A stretch of DNA of 64,000 nucleotides from NCBI GenBank assembly GCA_963737155.1, contig CAVTRN010000002.1, forward strand, positions 1,824,001 through 1,888,000, given 5' to 3'. Below the pieces are notes generated by a model. The model worked only from the letters and a program-made list of their open reading frames with translations, was not told the origin of the DNA and did not search any database. Every line of letters begins with the position of its first letter. The stretch's first letter is position 1. The stretch comes from Nitrospirota bacterium (GTDB taxonomy: Bacteria > Nitrospirota > UBA9217). The position numbers and the translations under genes were made by a program. Below, one piece after another: positions 1-10,845 of the stretch.

Positions 1-1533
1 ATCCTGACCCACTATTCTCTTGTGGATTTCGTCTTCCATGCGGAGTAGGCGGGAAGCTTCCTTTTCTTCGAGACGGGAGAGCGGAATCCCCGTTATATGG
101 GAAACAATTCCGGCCACGTCCTCTTCGCCGATAACTGGAATGTTCTTTTCCTGATTGTCCTTCCAATCCTGGTGAATCCCATCGAGAGTTTGACGCAACC
201 GATCCTCTTCTTCATGGAGGGACTCCACCTTGACGTAGTCTTTGATCCGGGAAAAAAGATTTTTTTCCTGCTCAAGCTTCTTAAGCTTTTTTTCGATGGA
301 CTTTATCTCGGCAGGGCAGGTGTAGCGATTGAGTTTGGCTTTAGCACCTGCTTCATCGATAACGTCGATTGCCTTATCAGGCAGGAAACGGTCTGTAATA
401 TAACGATCGGAAAGACGGGCGGCGGCCATCACAGCCTCGTCGGTGATTTTGATCTTATGGTGCGATTCGTACTTCGGTCTGAGGCCCTTGATGATGTTGA
501 TGGTTTCATCCAGGCTCGGGGGCTGGACATAAATGGGCTGAAAACGGCGTTTGAGTGCTCCGTCCTTTTCAATATGTTTTCTGTACTCATCGAGAGTCGT
601 TGCGCCGATGCACTGAACCTCGCCCCGCGCAAGGGCGGGTTTGAGCATGCTTGATGCGTCGATGGAACCTTCGGCCGCCCCGGCTCCGACAAGGGTGTGC
701 AATTCATCAATGAACAGAATGATGTTTTCAGCCTGGACGATTTCCTTCATGACGATTTTCAAGCGTTCTTCGAACTGTCCGCGGTATTTAGTGCCTGCGA
801 TAAGTGAGCCGAGATCAAGCGAAACGACCCGCCGGTTCATGATGTTCTCGGGGATGTCTCCGCTGATAATCCGTTGTGCGAGTCCCTCAACTATTGCGGT
901 TTTCCCGATTCCGGGTTCTCCGATAATCACGGGATTATTTTTGGTTCTGCGGGAAAGGATCTGGAGTACACGGTCGATTTCCTGGTCCCGACCGATAACA
1001 GGATCAAGTTTCCCGCTTTTGGCAAGTTGGGTCAAGTCCCTGCTGAATTCGTCAAGCGCAGGGGTGGGGCTTTTTTTCGCGCTCACCTGGGTGGCAGCAC
1101 GACGCAAGTAGTTGATCACAAGTTGACGAGAGCCTAACAGGTTAACGCCGAAACTGCGAAGGATTTTTCCGCCGATGCCTTCTTCCTCTCGTATCAAGCC
1201 GAGGAGGAGGTGCTCGCTCCCGATGTAGTTATGTCCGAGGAGTCTAGCTTCTTCAACTGCGTATTCGAGGACTTTTTTTGCGCGGGGTGTGAAAGGAATG
1301 TCGCCGAAGGTCAGTGTATTGCCGCTGGACGGTAAGTTCCGTTCAACCTCCATGCGGATCTGATCGACATCAATTCCCATCTTGCGAAGCACGGCAACGG
1401 GAATTCCGTCTTCTTCCCGAAGCGTCCCCAACAGGATATGCTCTGTGCCCAAGTAGTCGTTCTGAAGCCTTTCCGCTTCTTCCCGAGCATAGACAATAAC
1501 TTTCCTACCTCGTTCCGTGAACTTTTCGAACAT
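1..1533 (-). CDS. clpC: ATP-dependent Clp protease ATP-binding subunit ClpC (partial, runs off the window start)
   Basis: Read by hand on the minus strand (absent from the ORF track): [36 protein letters not shown]..., a second Clp-N repeat ([35 protein letters not shown]), Walker A GEPGIGKT and Walker B LFIDELH. Confidence 0.95.
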   Translation of the reverse strand, partial: MFEKFTERGRKVIVYAREEAERLQNDYLGTEHILLGTLREEDGIPVAVLRKMGIDVDQIRMEVERNLPSSGNTLTFGDIPFTPRAKKVLEYAVEEARLLGHNYIGSEHLLLGLIREEEGIGGKILRSFGVNLLGSRQLVINYLRRAATQVSAKKSPTPALDEFSRDLTQLAKSGKLDPVIGRDQEIDRVLQILSRRTKNNPVIIGEPGIGKTAIVEGLAQRIISGDIPENIMNRRVVSLDLGSLIAGTKYRGQFEERLKIVMKEIVQAENIILFIDELHTLVGAGAAEGSIDASSMLKPALARGEVQCIGATTLDEYRKHIEKDGALKRRFQPIYVQPPSLDETINIIKGLRPKYESHHKIKITDEAVMAAARLSDRYITDRFLPDKAIDVIDEAGAKAKLNRYTCPAEIKSIEKKLKKLEQEKNLFSRIKDYVKVESLHEEEDRLRQTLDGIHQDWKDNQEKNIPVIGEEDVAGIVSHITGIPLSRLEEKEASRLLRMEDEIHKRIVGQD

Positions 1534-1770
1534 CATATCTTGGTAACCGCCTTCAAACATTCTAATTAAATTCGTTTACCTTTAGTTAGAATATACTCCA
1601 ATCATTGAGTTAAAGTCAAGAGCCCTTTTGTCCGGTCGTGTACTTTAAATACATTGTCAAAGCACGGTGATCATACGGCATCGACATCGATGCCGGAAAT
1701 AATAAATCGAGCAACGGTAATTATAAAAGTTCTTAAATAAAAAGGTAATTTAAAAAATTGAAAATCGTTC

Positions 1771-1799
1771 TTGACTCGACTCCGGCTTTGCGTTAGACT
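1771..1799 (+). promoter_or_regulatory. Putative sigma70 promoter for the lipoprotein gene
   Basis: TTGACT-N17-TAGACT, about 50 nt upstream of the ORF, which has an AAGGAG RBS. Confidence 0.5.
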
Positions 1800-1848
1800 T
1801 CGCGGATTGCATGTAGTGGAGCAATAACGGCCAAGGAGAAGTCCTGAA

Positions 1849-2712
1849 TTGATGAAATTGAGCGTTAGGAGAATCCTATCGTCGGCGGTGTTCCTCTGCT
1901 TTGCCGCCTGCGGGAGCAGCAATATCAGCGGGGCATTGGGAACAATTACCGTCAATGGACCTGGACTAAGCGGCACCGTACCCCCTGATACGACGAGGAT
2001 TTATACGCTCGCGGGTATTGTACAGGGCCGGACGTATACGTTGGCGACCGAAATACCGGGAATCCTGCAGCCCGATGGATCGATAACCTCCGACGGAACG
2101 TTGACTGTTCTCGTGTACTCCAGCGAGGATGCATACACAAGCAACTCGTCTCCTGAGCCTATTTCCGTTGCCCCTTCTGAGCGATACCCTTATGTGTATG
2201 AAGGATATTTTACCGCAGCTCAGTCCGGTGACTATGTCGCTGCATTGAGCGGGACTTCATCGACCAGCTCATATTTTCAATTTTTTTATAACCTCAAGCT
2301 CATGTCTGCTGACCCGATTTTGCTTACGTCATTTGCGACGCCGACGTTTCTGGCTGTCAACGCGACACTCAATACGGGCGTATCAACTGTTTTCAATGGT
2401 GGAGCTGTCACGCAATCGGGAATCTATTCTCTCAGGCTCTCCTCCAATTCTACCTCGACGCTCGGATATCCTCAGCTCTTCGTTTATGCGAATAACACTC
2501 TGGAAACTGAGTCTTTGTTGTATTCAAGCGTAACCGACTCGATGCATTTCGAAATTACATCCTTTCTTACGCCCACCGATTCAGGAATCACAATCCCGTT
2601 ACCTGTAGATGTCATAAGCGGTGTGACGCTTACGAGCATGAGCAACGGTCCATATATCGTGGTAACAGGCATCGGAAATCCCGTAGCCTATACCCTCAGT
2701 ATCGGGCCGTAA
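1849..2712 (+). CDS. Hypothetical Ser/Thr-rich lipoprotein
   Basis: 287 aa ORF with RBS, signal peptide and lipobox (FAA-CGSS). Beta-strand-like composition; no family recognised. Confidence 0.7.
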   Translation: MMKLSVRRILSSAVFLCFAACGSSNISGALGTITVNGPGLSGTVPPDTTRIYTLAGIVQGRTYTLATEIPGILQPDGSITSDGTLTVLVYSSEDAYTSNSSPEPISVAPSERYPYVYEGYFTAAQSGDYVAALSGTSSTSSYFQFFYNLKLMSADPILLTSFATPTFLAVNATLNTGVSTVFNGGAVTQSGIYSLRLSSNSTSTLGYPQLFVYANNTLETESLLYSSVTDSMHFEITSFLTPTDSGITIPLPVDVISGVTLTSMSNGPYIVVTGIGNPVAYTLSIGP

Positions 2713-2873
2713 GAGATTGGCAGACTCCCGTTTTGTCTGCAGTTCGGAAGACAGCCATTTCTTTCATTATCATGACTGAATGCGGATCACTAGAGCCTTG
2801 CGGCTCAAGGTTGCCCTCATGATGCTTTCCCTTTTCTATTGACTTCCCCCTTATAACATAGTAACTTTCCTTC

Positions 2874-3344
2874 ATGATACGAAAGGCCAGCTTGGCTGAT
2901 GTCAAGTCAATCCAATCGCTCGTCAACCAGTATGCCGCTACAGGGCAGATGCTTCCGCGGACGTTAAACGAACTCTATGAACATCTCAGGGATTTCCATG
3001 TGTACGAGCAAAAGGGCGAACTGCTCGGTGCATGTGCTCTCCATGTGAGCTGGGACGGCCTAGCTGAAATCCGTTCGCTTGCAGTGCGGAAAGACAGCAT
3101 GCGGCGCGGCATAGGATCAGAACTCGTACAAGCATGCCTGAAAGAAGCCGCATCTCTGCAAGTGGCGCGGGTGTTCGTCCTTACTTACCAAGACCGGTTT
3201 TTCAGAAAGCTCGATTTCTCCGATGTGGACAAGAAGGACCTGCCTCACAAGATATGGTCTGACTGCCTCAACTGCGTTAAGTTTCCGAACTGTGACGAAA
3301 CTTCGCTCATTATATATATCACACCTGCGACTCTTAATTCATAA
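2874..3344 (+). CDS. GNAT N-acetyltransferase (short ArgA-like N-acetylglutamate synthase)
   Basis: MIRKA...MLPR...LAEIRSLAV...RRGIG...VFVLTY...LPHKIWSDCLNCVKFPNCDE is typical of this family. Confidence 0.85.
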   Translation: MIRKASLADVKSIQSLVNQYAATGQMLPRTLNELYEHLRDFHVYEQKGELLGACALHVSWDGLAEIRSLAVRKDSMRRGIGSELVQACLKEAASLQVARVFVLTYQDRFFRKLDFSDVDKKDLPHKIWSDCLNCVKFPNCDETSLIIYITPATLNS

Positions 3345-3409
3345 TGGCATTCAAGTTGCATCCTTTCTCAGAAGATCCATGTTTAACCTAATAGAAACCA
3401 GCAACAAGT

Positions 3410-4552
3410 ATGAATAAAAACATTATGTTATCTCTTTATCTTCATATACCCTATTGTGTCGGAAAGTGCCCATACTGTGGCTTTTATTCAACAAAGTATA
3501 CCTCGAATAATGTCGCTAAATTTATTGCTGCCTTACGTAAAGAAGCAATAAGTCGCCAGGAAAGGTTTTGCAATCGGCTCTTTCACACCATATATATAGG
3601 AGGTGGAACGCCGTCGGTCCTTTCTGATCATGAATTTGCCGAAATCCTGAATATTATAAAAACATATTTTTTGATTGCTGATAAGGCCGAATTTACCGTT
3701 GAGGCAAATCCCCAGAGTGCCGTGGACCGCGATCTTACCTTATGGCGAACACATGGGGTAAACCGACTGAGTCTCGGCGTACAATCATTCTCTCATGATG
3801 TTCTGCGCACGCTGGGAAGGCTTCATACTGCTGTCCAGGCGAAGAGCGCGTTTCTCCGGGCGAGAAGCGCCGGGTTTCGAAATATCGGCATGGACCTTAT
3901 GTATGGCATTCCGGGTCAAACAGATGATCAGTGGAGAGATTCTCTGGACGAAGCCATTACGTTGAGACCAGAGCACTTGTCCATTTACAGCCTTTCGCTT
4001 GACGAGGGGTCGGTTTTTACACAGGAAGCTGAAGCGGGAAGGCTGTCGTTACCTGATGATGCCGCTGCCGATATGTATGGACACGCAGTAACCGCGCTCG
4101 TGCGGGCGGGATACAGGAGGTATGAGATTTCAAATTTATCACTGCCGGAATATGAATGCCGACATAATTTGAATTATTGGCAGCGGGGAGAATACCTAGG
4201 GCTCGGCCCTGGGGCTTGGTCTTTTCTCTCGGGAACACGCACCCGTAACGTTGCCGACGTAAACCAGTATATCGCAGGCATGACGCTGGACGTCGAGACC
4301 GTTGCAGAATCTGAAACTCCAGGAATCGAAGAATCATCGCGTGAAACGATTCTGCTCAGTCTCAGGACTGCGAAAGGGTTGGACTTGCTCCGATACCGGC
4401 TTGAATACGGGCCCCTGCTTTTCCGACGCCTCGAAAGCGCCATGCTGTCCCTCGTGGAAGCCGAATTGATTCACGTGAAAGATAACATGCTGACCCTGAC
4501 CGATCGCGGAATTTTGTTGTCCAATGAAACACTTTTGAGGCTATCAATATAA
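3410..4552 (+). CDS. hemW: Radical SAM heme chaperone HemW (HemN-like)
   Basis: LYLHIPYCVGKCPYCGF (CxxxCxxC), YIGGGTPS, RLSLGVQSF, YEISN, HNLNYW. Confidence 0.9.
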   Translation: MNKNIMLSLYLHIPYCVGKCPYCGFYSTKYTSNNVAKFIAALRKEAISRQERFCNRLFHTIYIGGGTPSVLSDHEFAEILNIIKTYFLIADKAEFTVEANPQSAVDRDLTLWRTHGVNRLSLGVQSFSHDVLRTLGRLHTAVQAKSAFLRARSAGFRNIGMDLMYGIPGQTDDQWRDSLDEAITLRPEHLSIYSLSLDEGSVFTQEAEAGRLSLPDDAAADMYGHAVTALVRAGYRRYEISNLSLPEYECRHNLNYWQRGEYLGLGPGAWSFLSGTRTRNVADVNQYIAGMTLDVETVAESETPGIEESSRETILLSLRTAKGLDLLRYRLEYGPLLFRRLESAMLSLVEAELIHVKDNMLTLTDRGILLSNETLLRLSI

Positions 4553-4559
4553 ATTTTTG

Positions 4560-4588
4560 TTTACACCCCATGCGCTCCATGCTATAGT
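4560..4588 (+). promoter_or_regulatory. Putative sigma70 promoter of the bamA-lpx operon
   Basis: TTTACA-N17-TATAGT with an extended -10 TG, about 40 nt before bamA. Confidence 0.55.
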
Positions 4589-4627
4589 ATTCCGTTCAAA
4601 CTAGGGTTCTCGGAGGATGTTGAAAAC

Positions 4628-7045
4628 GTGAATAAACAGCGTGCTGCGGCCATCGGGGCACTGATTTTATTTCTGGTGCTTTCCTTCGCTTTCTCCGGTG
4701 CAGCGGAAGACGCAAAAATCACTCTGATCGAAGTTCAGGGTAATAAAAGAATTGAAACGGCTACGATTCTTGCAAAAATAAAAACTCGGGAAGGAGAGCT
4801 GTTTTCTCCCGCGCTGATCAGGGAAGATATCAAGACACTGTACGAACTCGGTCACTTTGAAGATGTCCAAGTGAAAACAGAAGGGTTCGAGAATGGCCTC
4901 AAGGTTATCTTTGTCGTCAAGGAAAAACCGTTGATTAGGGAGGTCCTTTTTGAAGGCAACGACGAGCTGTCGACGGAAAAGCTGAAGGAGGGATTGACGC
5001 TGCTCCCCCGAAGCGCGCTTAACCTCCAGACGATCAACGAAAACGCCTTAAAAATCCGGATCAAATATCAGGACGCAGGATACTACGATGCAGTTGTCGT
5101 TCCGGTAATTGTCGACCTGCGGGGAGGCGACAAGAACGTTATTTTTTATATCGAGGAAGGAACAAAGGTCAGGCTGGAAAATATCATTTTTACCGGAAAT
5201 AAAGCCCTCAGTTCAAAGGAGATCAAGGCCCCCCTCAAGTCGCAGGAGTACGGTTTATTTTCATTCGTCGGTCGAAGTGGAACATTGAGGACGGAAGAAC
5301 TGAGGGAAGATATTGAAACGATCAGGAACCTGTATTACAACAAAGGATACATCCAGGTGCAGGTCGACGAACCGGTTATTACTCCGAAACATTATACCTT
5401 TCGTGAATGTTATTTCTGGGGGCCGCCGAAATATTTTACGCACAAGAACGAACTAGTGGTTCATTTCAACATCAAGGAGGGCGATCAATTCCGTGTGTCT
5501 TCGCTCACGATCAAGGGCAATCAGCTTATCTCAACAGAAGAGTTGGAGAAGGAAATAAAGCTGAAAAAAGGAGATATTTTCAGCAGAGATGTCCTCCGGC
5601 AGGATGTAAGCAGGATTATCGATCGGTATGACAGCATAGCGCGTCCCTTTGCGGACGTTGTGCCACTTTTTAATATTGATACAAAGACTAAAACTGTTGC
5701 GATCGCCATTGATATTAAAGAAGGCGGTGAAGTGCGGATCGGCAGAATCAACATCACAGGCAACAGCAAAACACGGGACAAGGTGATCCGGCGGGAGATG
5801 CGGCTCGATGAGGGGGATCTTTATAACAAAAAAGCACTCAAGAGAAGTTACGAGCGGCTCACCAACCTGAACTTCTTCGAGAGTGTGGACATCACGCCGG
5901 AACGGCGGCTGCAGGAACCGATCATGGACCTGAACGTAAAGGTGAAGGAGAAAATGACTGGCACGTTGAGCGTCGGTGGCGGATACAGCTCCGTTGATAA
6001 GCTCGTGGGAATCGCAGAGATCACCCAAGGCAATTTGTTTGGATTGGGCGAGCTTCTCAAATTCAGGACTCAGATTGGCGGCAAGGGAAGACAGTTCGTG
6101 CTCAGCTTTATGGAACCCTGGCTGTTGGACAAGCCGGTCTGGGGCAAGGTCGATATTTATGACCAGACGCAGGTGTACGACGGCTATGATCTGAGATCCA
6201 ACGGGATAGCGCTGTCGGCGGGTAAAACCTTCGGTGAATATGTGAACACATCGCTCAAATACAGTTTCGACCAATCGTCGATCTACAATATTGCGACGAC
6301 TGCTCCCTTCGCCGTCGACGAACAGATCGATTCGTATGGACCGACGATCAACACGAGTGCGTTAACCTGGAATCTATCGCGGGATTCTCGCGACTATTTT
6401 CTGGATCCCAAGACGGGGTCGAAGAACAGCATCGTGGTCGAATATGCGGGCGGGCCACTTGGAGGAGATCCGAATTTTATAAAAGCCTCGGCTGATACAG
6501 CCTGGTATCTGCCGCTTTTCGGAGACACAGTGCTTATGGCCAGGGGCCGGTACGGTTATGAGGAATCGCTCATCGATAAACCGGTGCCCCTTTCGGAACG
6601 ATTCTATGTCGGCGGTCCAACAACGGTTCGCGGGTTCCGATACGGAACCGACGGTCCCGTATCGCCGTTATACAACCCTTCTTACCAGACAGGTTCCGAC
6701 GGATACGCTAAAACCAATCCGGGAACAGGCCAGTCCCCCGTCATCGGCCAGTCCTTATACGGGGAAAACGCCCTGGGTGGCACGAAAGAAGTTATTTTTA
6801 ACCTTGAGTATAGCTTTCCAATTGTGCCTGCGGCGAGGCTCAAGGGCGTACTGTTCTATGACATGGGAAAAGGCTTCGATACATACGAGGCGGTCAAGTT
6901 AAGCGATTTGCGCGAGTCTTGGGGATTGGGATTCTGGTGGCTTTCCCCTATTGGTCCTCTCCGTTTCGAATGGGGCTTCATTATTCACAAGCTACCTACC
7001 GATCAGGCGAGTGAGTTCGATTTTTCCATTGGGGCGCTTTTTTGA
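4628..7045 (+). CDS. bamA: Outer membrane protein assembly factor BamA
   Basis: Signal peptide, POTRA repeats (GNSKTRDKVIRRE), VRGF motif, SPIGPLRFEWG and C-terminal Phe. Confidence 0.97.
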   Translation: MNKQRAAAIGALILFLVLSFAFSGAAEDAKITLIEVQGNKRIETATILAKIKTREGELFSPALIREDIKTLYELGHFEDVQVKTEGFENGLKVIFVVKEKPLIREVLFEGNDELSTEKLKEGLTLLPRSALNLQTINENALKIRIKYQDAGYYDAVVVPVIVDLRGGDKNVIFYIEEGTKVRLENIIFTGNKALSSKEIKAPLKSQEYGLFSFVGRSGTLRTEELREDIETIRNLYYNKGYIQVQVDEPVITPKHYTFRECYFWGPPKYFTHKNELVVHFNIKEGDQFRVSSLTIKGNQLISTEELEKEIKLKKGDIFSRDVLRQDVSRIIDRYDSIARPFADVVPLFNIDTKTKTVAIAIDIKEGGEVRIGRINITGNSKTRDKVIRREMRLDEGDLYNKKALKRSYERLTNLNFFESVDITPERRLQEPIMDLNVKVKEKMTGTLSVGGGYSSVDKLVGIAEITQGNLFGLGELLKFRTQIGGKGRQFVLSFMEPWLLDKPVWGKVDIYDQTQVYDGYDLRSNGIALSAGKTFGEYVNTSLKYSFDQSSIYNIATTAPFAVDEQIDSYGPTINTSALTWNLSRDSRDYFLDPKTGSKNSIVVEYAGGPLGGDPNFIKASADTAWYLPLFGDTVLMARGRYGYEESLIDKPVPLSERFYVGGPTTVRGFRYGTDGPVSPLYNPSYQTGSDGYAKTNPGTGQSPVIGQSLYGENALGGTKEVIFNLEYSFPIVPAARLKGVLFYDMGKGFDTYEAVKLSDLRESWGLGFWWLSPIGPLRFEWGFIIHKLPTDQASEFDFSIGALF

Positions 7046-7104
7046 CGAAACGTTCAGTGTAACGGATTACATTTGCATCATATTTTTTCCAAGGAGGAAG
7101 TATC

Positions 7105-7659
7105 ATGAAAAAGACAGTGTTGCTGGTAATAACGATGGTATTTTTTGCTATGACTGCAATGGCGGCGGGGGAAAAAGTGGCCTTTGTCGATTCTCAGACC
7201 GTCTTCGACAAAACCGTACTGGGGAAGAAATACCAGGGTATCGTCAGGGAATATTATGAAAGCCGCAAGAAGATTCTGGACATGGATGCCGATGAAATTC
7301 AAAAGATGCAGGATGAGCTTGCCAAACAGAAACAAGGCAAACTACTGAACGAAAAGGCTCAAAATGAAAAGGAAGAAACGCTGAGAAGCAAGATCGGTGA
7401 GTTTCAGAAGAAACGGGACGAATTCAGCGGAGAGATAAGCAAGAAGAACGAGGAACTTTCAAATGATTTTAATAAGCAGATGATCGTCATCCTCAAGGAT
7501 ATCGCTCAGAAGGAAAAGGTATCCCTCGTTTTGAACAAGACCATCAATATTCTTTCAAAGACCGAGGTCCCGGCTATCCTCTACGCCGATGAAAACCTTG
7601 ATCTTACTACTCAGGTGATTGTCGAAATGGATAAGAAGGAAGCAGAACCGCAAAAGTAG
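7105..7659 (+). CDS. skp: OmpH/Skp periplasmic chaperone
   Basis: Signal peptide, KVAFVD, coiled coil, ILYAD...DLT; located between bamA and lpxD. Confidence 0.9.
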   Translation: MKKTVLLVITMVFFAMTAMAAGEKVAFVDSQTVFDKTVLGKKYQGIVREYYESRKKILDMDADEIQKMQDELAKQKQGKLLNEKAQNEKEETLRSKIGEFQKKRDEFSGEISKKNEELSNDFNKQMIVILKDIAQKEKVSLVLNKTINILSKTEVPAILYADENLDLTTQVIVEMDKKEAEPQK

Positions 7660-7693
7660 GAAGACCTCACGCATTGCGCATGATGGATGTACT

Positions 7694-8740
7694 ATGAAAC
7701 TCAAAGACTTAGCTGACAGACTTCAGGCGGAATTGAAGGGCCCCGGTGACGGAGAAATTACCGGCGTTGCCAGTCTTCGGGACGCAGGTGAAGGATTCAT
7801 CACCTATATTACCGGTGCGCATCAGCTCAAGGAACTTGAAAAATCCCGCGCAGCAGCAGCATTCGTACCACTGGATATACTTGATGCCTCCTTGCCGCTG
7901 CTTCGCATAAAAAATCCTCGTCTTGCCTTCGCTCGCGCCATAGAGCTGTTCTATGTCAAACCCTATCGGGCCATCGGTATCAGTAAACGGTCATCAATCG
8001 GCAGGGATGTTGTCATTGGAGCGGATTCGTCAATTCATCCTTTCGCATATGTGGATGACAACGTGCGTATCGGCGATCGGGTATCGATCTATCCCGGTGT
8101 CTATATCGGGCAGGGATCATCGGTAGGAGATGATGCTGTTATTTATCCAAATGTAAGCATCGGAGCATCGATAGACATCGGGAACAGGGTAATCATCCAC
8201 GCAGGCACGGTAATCGGAAGCGATGGCTTCGGTTTTGTTACAGACGGCGGGACGCATCATAAAATACCCCACGTCGGCGGCGTTATTATTGAGGATGACG
8301 TCGAAATCGGCGGCAACTGCACCATTGACCGAGCAACACTTGGCAATACAGTTATCAAGAAAGGCACGAAGCTCGACAATCAGGTACATGTGGCGCATAA
8401 TGTTACGATCGGTGAGCATTGCCTGCTTGCCGGCCAATCGGGAATCGGCGGCAGCGGCACCCTCGGGAATTACGTCGTTATTGGAGGCCAGGCGGGTGTC
8501 TCGGACCATACAATCGTGGGAGACCGCGTCATGGCTGGAGGCAAAGCAGTCGTTGTTAAGGATGTCGCGCCCGGTCAGGCAATTGCCGGGTTTAATGCGA
8601 TGCCCGTCCGCGATTGGCTTAAAGTCCAGGTCGTTTTGCCAAAACTGCCTGAATTGAAAAAAATGCTTGTCAAACTTGAAAAGCAGGTTTCCGAACTAAA
8701 GGAAAAAATAAACACATGGACTAAGGGAGGGCAGGAATGA
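7694..8740 (+). CDS. lpxD: UDP-3-O-acylglucosamine N-acyltransferase
   Basis: MKLKDLA start, hexapeptide repeats, IGSDGFGF, IDRAT, KLDNQVHVAHNV. Confidence 0.97.
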   Translation: MKLKDLADRLQAELKGPGDGEITGVASLRDAGEGFITYITGAHQLKELEKSRAAAAFVPLDILDASLPLLRIKNPRLAFARAIELFYVKPYRAIGISKRSSIGRDVVIGADSSIHPFAYVDDNVRIGDRVSIYPGVYIGQGSSVGDDAVIYPNVSIGASIDIGNRVIIHAGTVIGSDGFGFVTDGGTHHKIPHVGGVIIEDDVEIGGNCTIDRATLGNTVIKKGTKLDNQVHVAHNVTIGEHCLLAGQSGIGGSGTLGNYVVIGGQAGVSDHTIVGDRVMAGGKAVVVKDVAPGQAIAGFNAMPVRDWLKVQVVLPKLPELKKMLVKLEKQVSELKEKINTWTKGGQE

Positions 8741-9174
8741 TCGGAATTCAGGAAATCATGGAAACCATTCCTCATCGATATCCGTTTTTGCTGGTCGACA
8801 AAATTATCGAGATAGAAATAGGCAAACGTATCGTAGGCATCAAGAACGTTACCATCAACGAACCTTTTTTCCAGGGGCATTTCCCTGGACATCCGATTAT
8901 GCCAGCAGTGCTCATGCTTGAGGCAATGGCCCAGACCGGTGGAGTGCTTGCGCTCAAGTCGATTTCTCCGGAGCAGGTCAAAAAAAAGGTGATCTACTTC
9001 ATGAGCATCGATAATGCGAAATTTCGCAAACCAGTTTTACCGGGAGACCAGCTGCGCTTCGAACTCGACATAATCAGGCAACGGGCCAATATCATGAGCA
9101 TGAAGGCACAGGCCCTTGTCGAAAATGCGGTTGTCGCCGAGGCGGAAATGAAAGCCATGATCGTGGACAAATAG
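8737..9174 (+). CDS. fabZ: 3-hydroxyacyl-ACP dehydratase
   Basis: [40 protein letters not shown]. Confidence 0.97.
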   Translation: MIGIQEIMETIPHRYPFLLVDKIIEIEIGKRIVGIKNVTINEPFFQGHFPGHPIMPAVLMLEAMAQTGGVLALKSISPEQVKKKVIYFMSIDNAKFRKPVLPGDQLRFELDIIRQRANIMSMKAQALVENAVVAEAEMKAMIVDK

Positions 9175-9176
9175 GC

Positions 9177-9977
9177 ATGCAGATGAGAATTCTAGAAAAC
9201 AACGTGAAGATCCATCCAACGGCCATCGTGCATCCGGCCGCTCAGATTGCAGAAGGAGTCGAGGTCGGCCCTTATACGCTCATTGGCGAGAACGTCAGTA
9301 TAGGCAAAGACACGAAAATCTGTTCACACGTACTGATTGAGGGCTGGACCACGATTGGCGAACGAAACCACATTTTCCCTTTTTCGAGCATAGGGACCGC
9401 GCCCCAGGATATCGGCTACCGGAACGAAGAGACCTATCTGATCATCGGCGACGATAACGTGATTCGCGAATGCGCTACAGTGCACCGTGCGACGACCAAG
9501 GAGGACCGGAAAACGGTCATTGGCAACAAAAACTTTTTCATGGCCTATTCCCATGTGGCCCATGACTGCAAGCTGGGCAATTATATTATCATGGCAAACT
9601 CCGTGGCGCTCGGTGGACATATCGTAATCGGAGATCACGCCATTGTCGGCGGGATCGTGGCCGTGCACCAGTTCGCGCGAATCGGGGCCTATGCCATTAT
9701 CGGGGGGCAGTCCGCTGTTACCCTGGATATTCCTCCTTACGTGAGTGCCGCCGGAAACCGCGCTCAGCTCTACGGTCTGAACCTTGTCGGGCTCAAGAGA
9801 AAGGGTTTTTCCGAGCAGGCCATTTCAACACTCAAAAAAGCTTACAAAATTATTTTCCGATCCGGGCTGACCCAGGATAAAGCGATACAAAAAACGCTGG
9901 ATGACCTTGATGATTCGCCGGAAGTAAACGTGCTCATCGAATTCATCCGTACTTCCAAACGAGGGATTACACGGTAA
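9177..9977 (+). CDS. lpxA: Acyl-ACP--UDP-N-acetylglucosamine acyltransferase
   Basis: IHPTAIV, PQD, IRE, HVAHDC, VHQF, GLNLVGLKR. Confidence 0.97.
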   Translation: MQMRILENNVKIHPTAIVHPAAQIAEGVEVGPYTLIGENVSIGKDTKICSHVLIEGWTTIGERNHIFPFSSIGTAPQDIGYRNEETYLIIGDDNVIRECATVHRATTKEDRKTVIGNKNFFMAYSHVAHDCKLGNYIIMANSVALGGHIVIGDHAIVGGIVAVHQFARIGAYAIIGGQSAVTLDIPPYVSAAGNRAQLYGLNLVGLKRKGFSEQAISTLKKAYKIIFRSGLTQDKAIQKTLDDLDDSPEVNVLIEFIRTSKRGITR

Positions 9978-10023
9978 CGGAGAAAGAAACTGAGGCATTC
10001 GGCAAGCAGGCTGCAGTGAACCT

Positions 10024-10845
10024 ATGGATAAAATCGGATTAATTGCTGGCAACGGAAATTTTCCCTTAGCCTTTGCGCGTGCTGCGCGGGAAAAGGGGAT
10101 GCAGGTCATTGCGGTGGCCCATGAAGGCGAGACCCTGCCGGAGCTTGCGGAGTGTGTAGACAGTATCACCTGGATAAAAGTTGGACAACTGGGTAAGCTT
10201 ATCAAGACATTCCAGAACCAGGGAGTCAGGGATGTGCTCATGGCCGGAGGCATCAACAAAACACGCCTCTTCAGAGGAGGAATGCCGGACTTCCGCGGCG
10301 TGGCTCTGCTTGCCAGGATGGTTCACAAAAAAGATGATTCCATCCTCCGGGCTGTGGCGCAGGAGCTTGAATTGGAAGGCATTACAGTGCGCGAATCAAC
10401 GCTCTTCCTCGATAACATCGTTGCTGCGAATGGAACTTTGACGAAAAGGAAGCCGACGAAAGACGAGAGTCAGGACGTCGAATTTGGCTGGCAAATGGCG
10501 AAGGAGATTGGCAGACTCGATATCGGGCAGACCGTCGTGGTAAAAAACCAGGCCGTGCTTGCCGTGGAGGCCATCGAGGGAACCGATGAAGCCATACGCC
10601 GGGGTGGCACTCTTTGCGGCGGAGGTGCGGTCGTGATCAAAGTCTGCAAACCCCATCAGGATCTCCGGTTTGATCTTCCCGCAATCGGCTCCCAGACGAT
10701 CAAAGCCATGGAACAGGTCAAAGCCTCCTGTCTTGCCGTGGAAGCTGGCAAGACCATCATCATAGACCGTAAAATGGTGATCCGTGATGCCGAGCGGTCC
10801 GGAATCGCGATCGTGGCAATGCATGACTCGAAGGAAATTGCATGA
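10024..10845 (+). CDS. lpxI: UDP-2,3-diacylglucosamine diphosphatase LpxI
   Basis: IGLIAGNGNFP, LDIGQ, AVEAIEGTD, KPHQDLRFDLPAIG. Confidence 0.93.
   Translation: MDKIGLIAGNGNFPLAFARAAREKGMQVIAVAHEGETLPELAECVDSITWIKVGQLGKLIKTFQNQGVRDVLMAGGINKTRLFRGGMPDFRGVALLARMVHKKDDSILRAVAQELELEGITVRESTLFLDNIVAANGTLTKRKPTKDESQDVEFGWQMAKEIGRLDIGQTVVVKNQAVLAVEAIEGTDEAIRRGGTLCGGGAVVIKVCKPHQDLRFDLPAIGSQTIKAMEQVKASCLAVEAGKTIIIDRKMVIRDAERSGIAIVAMHDSKEIA

Noticed and set aside
97-1137. Plus-strand ORFs of 87-185 aa
   Set aside because: They are antisense shadows of clpC. The same applies to the many antisense ORFs over bamA, lpx, lepA, coaBC and the transposase.
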